Positions 1 to 8,534 of a DNA stretch of 64,000 bases are shown here, piece by piece. The stretch lies in the IMG/VR virus record IMGVR_UViG_3300047322_001237, positions 1-64,000 of that record, one strand, 5' to 3'. Positions within the stretch are counted from its first letter, which is position 1, and the number at the start of each line of letters is the position of its first letter. The notes under the pieces are model-generated. The model worked only from the letters and a program-made list of their open reading frames with translations. It did no database searches and was not told where the DNA came from. Both the position numbers and the translations under genes were made by a program.

Positions 1-2
1 GT

Positions 3-1652
3 GTAGGCGAGCATCACCTTATTGCTTCGCACGCACGTGTAGACCTTCGTCGGGTCCGTCGACCAAGTGAGCAGCGTCCCCACGACCGAGTACTGACTGC
101 TGTCGGTCACGTCTTCCCAGGCATAGGTCGGCTTGTCGGTGATCGGATTGATCGGGCACGTGTACATCCGGTAGTCGAGCGCAGGATTGAGGGTTTGCGT
201 CGTCATCCCGTACGTGTCGTCGAGCTGCTGGCCTGCTGTGCCGGCGTACATCTCAACGAGCGCGCAGTTGCTGTTCTGGCAGGTGTAGACGCCACCGCTC
301 GCGTGGTTATAGAAACCAAGGAGTGTGCCGTTGCTGTCGTACTCCCATGCTGACGAGTTGCTCTGCAGGTTGTACGGCAACGTGACAAGCAATTGACCAG
401 ATTGCTTGGTCGGGATGAGCGGACTGTTGCCGACGAGGACACTCGTGGCGTTGTAGCCGTACGCGTCTTCGACAAGTTGTCGCGTGACCTTGGTCGAGGG
501 TTGCGCGCCCATTACCTGCGCATACGCAGACGCTTCGAGCGTCGCTGCCTGCCAGTTTTCGAGCGTCGCGTTGGCGCCGGCCATGGCGCTGACGATACCG
601 GCATCCGGAAGCTTGTACAGCTCCATGATGCGGTTGTTCTCGTACGCAAGCGGACGTGCGAACCCGGCCTGACGAATGTGAAGCCGAATCGTGACCTTCG
701 CAGCTGCTACCCAATCGTCCTGATCCGCTACGAACCCTGCGACATAGGCCGTCGGAATCGAGTAGTCGCGGTGCGTGACGTTACGCAGTGCGTCCGGACG
801 ATTGTGATGGTAGAAGAGTCCCTTCGTGTATCCGCTCGGCAACGTGTAGTAGATCCACACGTCCACGTCGTCCTGGAAGTCGATCGTGTTGTCGCTCGGA
901 CCGTTGTAGTGCAGCAAATACTTGAACTTGCTGTCGAGCGTGCTGTTGAACGTCGGCAGATTCAAGAACGGAAAATCCACGACCTTATAGATCGAGCTGT
1001 CGTAGACGTACTCGATCACATCGCCGATTTGCGCGGTCAGCACGTTGACCTGGTCGGCCTTGTAGCCGTTGATGAACGCATATACCGCACCGGGCTTGGT
1101 CGAGAGCGCCGCGATCTTGTTCTGGATGTTCAGGATGTCGCTCTTGAAGACCGGAATCACACCGGCCGTCTCGATGTGGTTCTTCGTCGCGCTGAGCGTC
1201 GCCCGTGGGCTCTGGAAAAACGCGTTGCTGTACAGACGGAGAAAAAGCGCGTCCGTGTCCAGGTTGACCGCGATGGGCGATTCGAACTGGACTGCCACGA
1301 TGAGGTTCTTGTTCTTCGTGACCATGAAGTACGACTGGAACCGAGGCATCTGCAGGCCCTCGTTCGTGTACAGGTCCGCGATCAGATTGTTCGCGTTCAT
1401 GGCTGCAGAGAACGTGGTCCATGTCGTCGCCGACGAGAGCAGTCCGACCATATGCGGACCGATCTGACCAATCTGATACACGTGGAAGTACACGCCCTTG
1501 GACGGGAGATCGTATTGCTTCCAGCCCACCTGCACCGTGTTCATCACGCCACCATCGGGCGTCAATCTCGCCAGCTGGAAGATGTCCTGCCGGTCTTGCG
1601 CCGGCGCGCACCAGATATTTTTCAGTGCGTTATCGACGAGGTAATCAAACAT
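3..1652 (-). CDS. phiKZ gp27-like virion structural protein, 3-prime end runs off the window
   Basis: Absent from the ORF track because it has no stop in the window. Read by hand from ATG at 1652: MFDYLVDNALKNIWCAPAQDRQDIFQL. The last ~40 codons at the window edge are also open in this frame. Position matches the phiKZ gp27-gp28 / gp29-gp30 divergent block. Confidence 0.75.
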   Translation of the reverse strand, partial: MFDYLVDNALKNIWCAPAQDRQDIFQLARLTPDGGVMNTVQVGWKQYDLPSKGVYFHVYQIGQIGPHMVGLLSSATTWTTFSAAMNANNLIADLYTNEGLQMPRFQSYFMVTKNKNLIVAVQFESPIAVNLDTDALFLRLYSNAFFQSPRATLSATKNHIETAGVIPVFKSDILNIQNKIAALSTKPGAVYAFINGYKADQVNVLTAQIGDVIEYVYDSSIYKVVDFPFLNLPTFNSTLDSKFKYLLHYNGPSDNTIDFQDDVDVWIYYTLPSGYTKGLFYHHNRPDALRNVTHRDYSIPTAYVAGFVADQDDWVAAAKVTIRLHIRQAGFARPLAYENNRIMELYKLPDAGIVSAMAGANATLENWQAATLEASAYAQVMGAQPSTKVTRQLVEDAYGYNATSVLVGNSPLIPTKQSGQLLVTLPYNLQSNSSAWEYDSNGTLLGFYNHASGGVYTCQNSNCALVEMYAGTAGQQLDDTYGMTTQTLNPALDYRMYTCPINPITDKPTYAWEDVTDSSQYSVVGTLLTWSTDPTKVYTCVRSNKVMLAY

Positions 1653-1717
1653 GAGTCACCCAATGGCGAATACTCCTGGGGCCGGACAGCACCCCAGGAG
1701 TCTTTCTTGAAGAGGAT

Positions 1718-2632
1718 TTAGGCGGTTGCCAGTTGCGTGAGATTGAGCACCGCGCGCAGGAACTGCTTGTTCGGTTCCTTGTGCGCCTGACGCTCGACGA
1801 GCTTGGCAAGGCCCGAATTCTTGTAGGTGCGCTCCACGTGCGCAGCCATCAGGAGAGCAAGCCAGGTGGGCGGGTGCTCAAGGGCGACAGCGAGCATCTC
1901 CGCTGCGCCCGTGCCGAACCAGGTGCCCTTGATGATGCTCACGAGCACGCCCGGATTGAACGCCTGCAGACGCACACTTCCGGTCGCACCCGCGGCGAAC
2001 GAGCAAAAGTCGGCAATGCTGTGGCAGGGACGCGATTGATCGTCCAAAACCGAGAGCACGTCTTCGGCCGAGATACGCATACCGCGCGAGATCTGCGTTG
2101 CCATCTTCATGCGCATCGTGTCATCGAGGAAGGATGCATCGGTGAAGAGCGACAGGTAGTGGAACGCCGCCAAGATGGCGAGGTTGAGCTGCTCCTTCGG
2201 ATCCAATGCGAACCGACGAGCCACGTTCTCGCTTATCCAGCCCGCGAACAGATTCATCGCAACCGGCGAGACATCGCGCAAGAGCGCGGGGTCTTCGTTG
2301 ACCCAGACGTCGTTCAGTTGAGCACGCCGTAGCAGCAGTGCGTGTTCGATCGTGTTGCGAACCGTGAAGCTTCCCTTCAGACGGTCGAAGGAACCATACG
2401 GGCGAGCGTCGATAGCGATCAGTTTCTCGCCGTCGAACTCGAGCAGAAAGGGATGCTGGAACTCGGGCACCACCGCAGCGATGGATCCGTTGCCCTGAAT
2501 CTCGATGATGTTCGAGCCATTGTCACGGTGATATTGCCCGTGAATCAGCGCTGCTTTGAGGCTCGCCTCGAGCTTGTCCAACACGTAGCCGCCACACGCG
2601 GTCGTGTCGTATGCAGTGTAAAAGAGCTTCAT
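1718..2632 (-). CDS. phiKZ gp28-like virion structural protein
   Basis: Start reassigned to ATG 2632 (MKLFYTAYDTTACGGY). Lies next to and divergent from the tail sheath, as gp28 does in phiKZ. Confidence 0.7.
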   Translation of the reverse strand: MKLFYTAYDTTACGGYVLDKLEASLKAALIHGQYHRDNGSNIIEIQGNGSIAAVVPEFQHPFLLEFDGEKLIAIDARPYGSFDRLKGSFTVRNTIEHALLLRRAQLNDVWVNEDPALLRDVSPVAMNLFAGWISENVARRFALDPKEQLNLAILAAFHYLSLFTDASFLDDTMRMKMATQISRGMRISAEDVLSVLDDQSRPCHSIADFCSFAAGATGSVRLQAFNPGVLVSIIKGTWFGTGAAEMLAVALEHPPTWLALLMAAHVERTYKNSGLAKLVERQAHKEPNKQFLRAVLNLTQLATA

Positions 2633-2732
2633 CTTAGAGCCTCGTCGCGTCATGCCGTCGGGGGCGCCGACAGCATCCTATGTCTTAAAGAAATTCGTGC
2701 GTTTCTTGCACACCGGGTCTGTGTGCCGGGGT

Positions 2733-2770
2733 CATACACCTAAGTAGTGCGAAACGTCGGAATTAATATG
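2733..2770. promoter_or_regulatory. Divergent candidate late promoters (TATG at 2767-2770 on plus, 2733-2736 on minus)
   Basis: TATG is the published phiKZ late promoter core. Both copies sit in the AT-rich divergent gap upstream of structural operons. A 4-mer has weak specificity. Confidence 0.45.
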
Positions 2771-2820
2771 ATGCGGCGCATCGTCTTCGAACCCATACCA
2801 TTATTGACAGGAACTCAACC

Positions 2821-4923
2821 ATGACAACGGCACAGATTGTCAATGGCGCTCCGATGACCATCATGCAAGGCACTCAGGATCTGAGTACCCAGCAGGTCAC
2901 ACCGACGCCGGAGCAGATCCCGCAGCACCTCCCGGTGATCCCGCTGTACACGCAGAAGGGCCCATTGACGACCGAGCTGGCGTCTGGGGCTGACCTGCAA
3001 ACCATCTACGGCGCAGACTCTTTCGATCTGCGCAAGAAGTGGGCAAACCACGCCACCGTGTTGGCAAACACCGTCAACGCAGCAGGCAACGCCATCCAGG
3101 TGCGTCGCATGCAACCGACGGACGCGAATCCGCCGGCGTCGCTGCGCCTGTGGCTCGACGTGCTGCCCACGCAAGTCCAGCAGTACGAGCGCAATACCGA
3201 CGGTTCGTTCAAGACGGATGGCAGCGGCGCGAAGGTTCCCGTGACGGGCAATGGCGCAACGCTGGCCGGCTTCGTCGCAAAATGGGTGCTCTCGCAAGTC
3301 ACCTACACCGAGGGCGAAAGCGACTTCGGCACCGCGACGCAGAAGGCTGGCGACCAGACGTCTGGCACCTCCACCACCTCGACCCGCTTCCCGATTCTCG
3401 ACTTGCAAGTGCCGAGCTTCGGCGACTACGGCAACAATTGCGGTCTGCGCCTGTGGGCACCGACGGCAAACTCCAGCACGCCGGCCAACCCGAATTTCAT
3501 CGAAGACGATCTGGTCTACCCGTTCCGTGTCGCGTGCGTGCAGCGCAGCTCGTCCAATGCAACGGGCACCGTCGCCGCAACCATCGCTGGTTCGCAGTCG
3601 CTGGAAGTGACGTTCAAGCCGAACACGATCAACGTCGCGCTCGACAATCAGATCTCCATCCAGGACGTCTTCATCTCGGCCTACCAGAGCCTGAACGACC
3701 CGAGCGGCGCAGCCGACATCTTCGGCACGTTCGGTCAGCTGCACGTGTACGACGCGAACGTCGCACAGCTCGTGGCCGAGTTCTACGCGGCGGAAGTCCC
3801 CGCGATCAACCAGTTCTCCGACTTCACCGGCGCTGACGGCGAAGAGTGGCTCTTTAACTTCGTGAGCGGTGTGTCCTCGCAAGGCGCTCCGTACTCGACG
3901 TTCCAGATCGACTCGGAAGGCACGGACGCAGCCTACCTGGGCCAGTCGACGACCCTCTGGGCTTCCGGTGGCTCGGACGGCACGATGAGCGATGCGCTCT
4001 TCGCGGATCTGGTGTCGGACTTCATGTCGATTTACTCGGATCTCACGAACCCGGTTCAGGACATGGTCTTGGCACCCGAATCGATCTTCTGGGATTCGGG
4101 CTACCCGCTCCCCGCGAAGAAGGCGATCGCGCAGTTCATCTCGCAGCGCAAGGACACGTTCGTCGCGCTCTCCACGTTCTCGACGCTGTCGCCCCCGCTG
4201 ACCGCAGAAGAAGAATCGTCGATGGCGATCGCGCTGAAGGCCTACCTCCAGCAGTTCCCGGAATCGGACTACTTCGGCACGCCGACCATGCGCGGCATGA
4301 TCGTGCCGGGTTCGGGCACCCTCACGGGCAGCCAGTACACGAAGCCGCTCCCACTCACGATCGAACTGGCTTCGAAGGCCGCGGCCTACATGGGCGCGAG
4401 CAACGGCAAGTGGAAGTCGGGCAACGCGTTCGATACGACGCCGGGTTCGGAAATCGATCTGTTCTCGGATCTGAACTGCGTGTTCTGGCCGGCGAAGGTC
4501 CGCAACGTGGACTGGACCAACGGCATGGTGGGCGTGGAAGCGTTCGAGCGTCGGAAGGCTTACTTCCCGGCGCTGAAGACGATCTACGACAACGACACGT
4601 CGGTGCTGAATTCGTTCTTCAACGCGATGGCGATCTGCCAGCTCGAGAAGATCGGTGACAAGGCTCGTCGTACGTTCTCGGGCGACACGAAGCGCACGAG
4701 CGCCCAGCTCATCAAGGACGTCAACAAGTTCGTGACAGATCGCGTGTCGGGCATCTTCGACAACCGGTTCACGATCGTTCCGACGACGACCATCACGGGC
4801 GCCGACGCGCAGCGCGGCTACAGCTGGACCCTGGTGATCGCGATCTACGCGCCGAACATGAAGACCGTCGGCACGCTGTCGATCCAGTCGTATCGCCTGG
4901 ACGCACTCTCGTCGAGCAACTAA
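2821..4923 (+). CDS. Tail sheath protein (phiKZ gp29-like)
   Basis: 700 aa. N-terminal IPQHLPVIPLYTQKGP, WASGGSDGT, FWDSGYP and C-terminal GYSWTLVIAIYAPNMKTV are typical of phiKZ-like sheaths. Followed by the tube gene, with strong codon bias. Confidence 0.92.
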   Translation: MTTAQIVNGAPMTIMQGTQDLSTQQVTPTPEQIPQHLPVIPLYTQKGPLTTELASGADLQTIYGADSFDLRKKWANHATVLANTVNAAGNAIQVRRMQPTDANPPASLRLWLDVLPTQVQQYERNTDGSFKTDGSGAKVPVTGNGATLAGFVAKWVLSQVTYTEGESDFGTATQKAGDQTSGTSTTSTRFPILDLQVPSFGDYGNNCGLRLWAPTANSSTPANPNFIEDDLVYPFRVACVQRSSSNATGTVAATIAGSQSLEVTFKPNTINVALDNQISIQDVFISAYQSLNDPSGAADIFGTFGQLHVYDANVAQLVAEFYAAEVPAINQFSDFTGADGEEWLFNFVSGVSSQGAPYSTFQIDSEGTDAAYLGQSTTLWASGGSDGTMSDALFADLVSDFMSIYSDLTNPVQDMVLAPESIFWDSGYPLPAKKAIAQFISQRKDTFVALSTFSTLSPPLTAEEESSMAIALKAYLQQFPESDYFGTPTMRGMIVPGSGTLTGSQYTKPLPLTIELASKAAAYMGASNGKWKSGNAFDTTPGSEIDLFSDLNCVFWPAKVRNVDWTNGMVGVEAFERRKAYFPALKTIYDNDTSVLNSFFNAMAICQLEKIGDKARRTFSGDTKRTSAQLIKDVNKFVTDRVSGIFDNRFTIVPTTTITGADAQRGYSWTLVIAIYAPNMKTVGTLSIQSYRLDALSSSN

Positions 4924-4986
4924 CCACCCATGCCATGACCGGATCCGCGTGACCGTGGGTCCGGATGGCCTTCAGGAGAACGAAAC

Positions 4987-5961
4987 ATGGGTCGTATCGC
5001 AAACGCGATTCTGCAGAACACGACAGCGTTCGCGCAGGGTCACAACAACCCCATGCTGGACCTCCAGTATGGTGGTCAGATGGGCTTCACCCCGAACTAC
5101 ACGCAGTGGGTGAACAACCAGCAGTACATCCGTCGCAACCTGATCTGCTTGCTGATCGAAGCGCCGCTGGGCTTCCAGTATCTGCCGAATCCGGACGTCT
5201 GGGTGGGCACGCTGCGCTCGCTCGTCGAACTGCACGCTATTCGTATCGAGGGTTTGAACGCGCACCTCACGGTCGAAACGGCAGAAACTCCGGTCGGCGG
5301 TGGCGGGAACATGCAGCAGGACGTCGTGAACGTCACGCGCGAGCGTTCGCAGCCGCAGTTCACGTGGAACGAAAAGTACGGCATGCCCGTCACGATGTTC
5401 CACCAGGGCTGGATCACGAACCTGCTGATGGATCCGGACACGAAGTTCGCGAATGTCGCGACGCTGGGTTCGGGTTCGTCGTACGGTCCGCCGCCCGACA
5501 TGCTGGCCGACATGTATTCGGCAACGATGATCTTCATCGAACCGGATCCGACGCACACGCGCGTCGTGAAGTCGTGGCTCGTCACGAACATGTTCCCGTT
5601 GTCGACGGGCGACATCGTCGGCTCGCGTGACATCACGGCACAGGGCGACAAGCTCGATCTGAACATCACGTACGCGGGCATCGCCCAGTACGGCCTCGGC
5701 GTCGACGCATTCGCGCAACAGCTGCTCACCTCGATCAGCATCGCGAACGCGAACCCGTACACCGAGAACGCATTCGTTCAAGGCATCGATCCGAACGTCG
5801 CAGCGACGACGACCGGCTACCAGAACGAAGTCGCGCAGATCGCGGTGAACCAGGTCAGCGCCACCTCGGCGCTCGGCACCGGCATCAGCATCACGGCGGA
5901 TATGGTGATCTCGGCTCAGGACTCGGTCTCGGCCGTCCCGAACGAGACCATTCTCGCGTAA
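4987..5961 (+). CDS. Tail tube protein (phiKZ gp30-like)
   Basis: 324 aa directly after the sheath. Motifs LDLQYGGQMGFTPN, YIRRNLICLLIEAP and FIEPDPTH..VVKSWLVTNMFP. Confidence 0.88.
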   Translation: MGRIANAILQNTTAFAQGHNNPMLDLQYGGQMGFTPNYTQWVNNQQYIRRNLICLLIEAPLGFQYLPNPDVWVGTLRSLVELHAIRIEGLNAHLTVETAETPVGGGGNMQQDVVNVTRERSQPQFTWNEKYGMPVTMFHQGWITNLLMDPDTKFANVATLGSGSSYGPPPDMLADMYSATMIFIEPDPTHTRVVKSWLVTNMFPLSTGDIVGSRDITAQGDKLDLNITYAGIAQYGLGVDAFAQQLLTSISIANANPYTENAFVQGIDPNVAATTTGYQNEVAQIAVNQVSATSALGTGISITADMVISAQDSVSAVPNETILA

Positions 5962-5998
5962 GATCTTTTAGGCTTGAAACAGCCAAAAAAATAAGGAC

Positions 5999-6045
5999 CG
6001 TCATAAGGCCCAAGCCCCCGCAAGGAGGCTTGGGCTCTTATGCCG
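5999..6045. terminator. CATA-hairpin-TATG element at convergent junction (probable bidirectional terminator)
   Basis: cgtcataag-gcccaagcc-cccgcaagga-ggcttgggc-tcttatgccg between the tube gene (+) and ORF 6064 (-). Confidence 0.7.
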
Positions 6046-6063
6046 TTAAATGGATTACTCTAA

Positions 6064-6501
6064 TCAGTTCCTTGTCGACTGGCGCCAATTCTCCACATGG
6101 AGCTGATCCATTGGAACGCCGGAAATCTGGCGCAAAACAAGCCAAGTAGCATTGTTGAGTCTGATGTTCCGGTTGCGAAAATCAACGTAAAAGGCGTCTA
6201 GACCGTCGACTAGCTGGTTTGCCGTAACGCCGGTCATGTACCTGCGGGTCATCTCGTCGTACGAATTCGACACCAGCGTTGCGACCGCGTCTGCAGCCTT
6301 ATCCTTGTCGATTGTGTACTTCCAGACGGAAAAACTCTCTCCGAGATTCATACCATCGAAGAATCCGAGGATGTAGTCGACATGTGAAACGTTGTTATGC
6401 GTGCGCCACCAATTCCCATCTCTCGCCTGGTCTGCGTGCGCAAGTTGAGCGGAAAACGCGAGCGCGAGTGCAGCTCCGAGGACTGACGTAATTTTTTTCA
6501 T
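6064..6501 (-). CDS. Hypothetical secreted/periplasmic protein
   Basis: 145 aa with a Sec signal peptide (MKKITSVLGAALALAFSAQLAHA). More AT-rich codons than the flanking structural genes. Confidence 0.7.
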   Translation of the reverse strand: MKKITSVLGAALALAFSAQLAHADQARDGNWWRTHNNVSHVDYILGFFDGMNLGESFSVWKYTIDKDKAADAVATLVSNSYDEMTRRYMTGVTANQLVDGLDAFYVDFRNRNIRLNNATWLVLRQISGVPMDQLHVENWRQSTRN

Positions 6502-6603
6502 TTTCGTTAGCGTTCTTTTCGGTAGGGAGCAGCTGCCGACGGTGTTTCTATCGGGCAGTATTGATTCTTCTTAAGAGAGCGGGTCTTGTCAGTTACCCAG
6601 GCC

Positions 6604-6696
6604 TCACCTGAGTCGACCACTCCTTCTTGATTGGGGCAGACAAAGGAGATTCACCGAGGGTCGTTTGGCTCCAGGCGCAAACTACTTATAGACCAT
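6604..6696 (-). pseudogene. Decayed partial duplicate of the 3-prime end of ORF 7349-7579
   Basis: Minus strand reads MVYK*FAPGAKRPSVNLLCLPQS versus MVYKQFAPAAKKPSVNFACVPQS in the intact gene. 34 bp (6665-6698 vs 7401-7434) match with 2 mismatches, and CAG has become TAG. Confidence 0.75.
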
Positions 6697-6727
6697 CGAT
6701 CGGGCGGCTTCTCCGGCCTTTATGCCG

Positions 6728-7135
6728 TTAGTTTGGCAGAGCGGGATTGGAGGGGCGGGGTTTCGGCGTCAGCATCGCGACGACGTGTCTGACGATCCAG
6801 ATCACCTCATCATCAGATTGGTGCGGCTTCAAGATACCTCCAGCTTGACCGCCCTCGGAGCCCTTGACGATGTACGCGTACTGGACACCACCGAACGGCA
6901 GGCATTTCATCCGCAGATCAACATCGAGGTCGTCATCCTTGCGCACCCACTGCATGGAGACCGAGCCGTCAACGTTCGGAGCGATCTCGCCGTTCAACAT
7001 ACTGGCGGGCAGACGCGACAAGAGTCCCTGTGCACGCTGGAGGGCTGGCTGGGTGACAGCCATTCCACGCTGCGTGTCCAGTTTCAGAAGCAGTGGGAGT
7101 TGGCCGGGCAAGGCCGGGATTATCGGGTTGTTCAT
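6728..7135 (-). CDS. Hypothetical protein
   Basis: Start reassigned to ATG 7135 (MNNPIIPALP), 4 bp after the stop of the upstream gene. Confidence 0.6.
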   Translation of the reverse strand: MNNPIIPALPGQLPLLLKLDTQRGMAVTQPALQRAQGLLSRLPASMLNGEIAPNVDGSVSMQWVRKDDDLDVDLRMKCLPFGGVQYAYIVKGSEGGQAGGILKPHQSDDEVIWIVRHVVAMLTPKPRPSNPALPN

Positions 7136-7139
7136 GGCG

Positions 7140-7352
7140 TTAGCTCGCGTCCAGGAAGGTGAGACCGTGTCGCGCGATGACGCTTTGGACCTGCAGTGCA
7201 GCAGCGATCTCCTTCTTCGCATCGTGCCATGCCGGATAATAGAAGCCCCATTCGTTCATGCGATCCTCCTCGGGATCAATCCCGCGCGCCTTGCAAAGAT
7301 CGCGTGCAGCCTGCTCGATTTTGTTCACGACTTCAACTTTGACGTTGCTCAT
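7140..7352 (-). CDS. Small hypothetical protein
   Basis: 70 aa, ATGA overlap with the upstream gene. Confidence 0.65.
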   Translation of the reverse strand: MSNVKVEVVNKIEQAARDLCKARGIDPEEDRMNEWGFYYPAWHDAKKEIAAALQVQSVIARHGLTFLDAS

Positions 7353-7579
7353 TTCTTCGGACTGGATTGGGGGACGCAGGCGAAGTTCACGGAGGGCTTC
7401 TTGGCTGCAGGCGCAAACTGCTTATAGACCATCGCCCGAGCGACTTCCCCGGCTTTCATGCAGGCTTGGGCGTCTGCAAAGGTCGCGGTTGTATAGTTGC
7501 CGGCCGCTCCCCCTGTTGGCCCGCCTGTTGTGACGCTCCACAGAATCGAGAGGATGAGAACGAATCCGTCCATTTTCAA
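7349..7579 (-). CDS. Small exported or membrane-anchored protein
   Basis: 76 aa, hydrophobic N-terminus, two Cys, RBS (AAGGAG) upstream. Confidence 0.65.
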   Translation of the reverse strand: MKMDGFVLILSILWSVTTGGPTGGAAGNYTTATFADAQACMKAGEVARAMVYKQFAPAAKKPSVNFACVPQSSPKK

Positions 7580-7585
7580 ATCTCC

Positions 7586-7837
7586 TTAGCGTCGTGCGGC
7601 GCATTGTTCACGGGTGACCCGCAGGATACCGCGAATGTATGCGAGTCCGATGTAGATCGACCAGACGGGCCAGAGGATAGCCATGGCCATCGAGGAGATC
7701 AGGAAGACGATGTCGTTGTTGGCGGTTCGTCGGATGATGCGAACGACTTCAGGGTTACTGCGAAGCCAGAACAGACCGAGGACGAGATAGAAGGGGAGGA
7801 AGAAGCTGAGGCCTGCGAAAATCGCAACAGTATTCAT
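7586..7837 (-). CDS. Small membrane protein
   Basis: 83 aa with two hydrophobic segments, ATGA overlap with the upstream gene. Confidence 0.65.
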   Translation of the reverse strand: MNTVAIFAGLSFFLPFYLVLGLFWLRSNPEVVRIIRRTANNDIVFLISSMAMAILWPVWSIYIGLAYIRGILRVTREQCAARR

Positions 7838-8241
7838 GGTTGTTCTTTTACGTGGGGTGGAATAGCTGAACGGAGCTCGCCAGCGTAAGTGACCTCGAAC
7901 TTGGCGTCCTTGAGGTAGTCGGTGAGCAAGTCCCTGAACGGATGACGGTGGCAGAACGCGCCGTCTCGGCAGTAGCAGGCGACAGCAATCTTGTCAGAGA
8001 GCGTCTTGAGCTTTTCCCACTCGTCCGGGAACTTGCGGCGTGACTGACGCATGCGCATCAGGTAACGCTCGAGATACTCCTCTTCAGAGAGCTCTCCGCG
8101 CTTGTAGGCCATCACGTTATCGAAGAGCGGAGCGAAGGCGGGATTGCCGGACTTGGCAGTGACGTCGAGGAGGGTGATGCCCAACTCACGCACCAGTCGC
8201 CACTTGGAGAGCTGCACGGTGTAGAGCGTGACTTTCTTCAT
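7834..8241 (-). CDS. DUF488-like protein
   Basis: Start ATG 8241 (ATGA overlap). Contains LDVTAKSG..FAP, EEEYLERY and ACYC....FCHRH, resembling the DUF488 C...CHR motif. Confidence 0.6.
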   Translation of the reverse strand: MKKVTLYTVQLSKWRLVRELGITLLDVTAKSGNPAFAPLFDNVMAYKRGELSEEEYLERYLMRMRQSRRKFPDEWEKLKTLSDKIAVACYCRDGAFCHRHPFRDLLTDYLKDAKFEVTYAGELRSAIPPHVKEQP

Positions 8242-8441
8242 GATGCTTGATTGCACTTAGCCGCGGGATCCTTGCTGTGGCGTGAGGGGTAGGGACCATA
8301 CTTGCAGTCCTCGCAGGCAATGACGGTGTTGTAGCCGCACTCGTATTCATCGCCATCGAGAGCGAAGGAGCGACGGTATCCCTTGCACTTCGAGTTCTTC
8401 TTCGGCTGCGGTTCAAAGAGCTGGATCACTGCTGAGGTCAT
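8238..8441 (-). CDS. Small Cys-rich hypothetical protein
   Basis: 67 aa with five Cys including CEDC. Translationally coupled to the downstream gene. Confidence 0.55.
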   Translation of the reverse strand: MTSAVIQLFEPQPKKNSKCKGYRRSFALDGDEYECGYNTVIACEDCKYGPYPSRHSKDPAAKCNQAS

Positions 8442-8472
8442 GCGGTGTCCGAGAAAAAAAGAAGGGGGAAAT

Positions 8473-8502
8473 AAAAAACCCCCGCCCGAAGGCAGGGGTT
8501 TT
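8473..8502 (-). terminator. Intrinsic terminator
   Basis: aaaaaacccccgcc-cgaa-ggcaggggtttt. GC stem with a T tract on the minus strand, just downstream of ORF 8535-9071. Confidence 0.8.
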
Positions 8503-8534
8503 CTCGTCTTCGAATCGATACCGCTGACGGTTGC

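Noticed and set aside
3-1652. First gene as major capsid protein
   Set aside because: Its N-terminus and position match the gp27-like gene beside the sheath. No HK97-type features were recognised, and the phiKZ capsid gene lies elsewhere.
393-1721. 442-aa plus-strand ORF, and similar long ORFs such as 10972-12618, 36072-37073, 37742-39184 and 41761-42768
   Set aside because: They lie antisense to convincing genes, are Arg/Val/His-rich without motifs, and are expected shadows of GC-biased codon usage.
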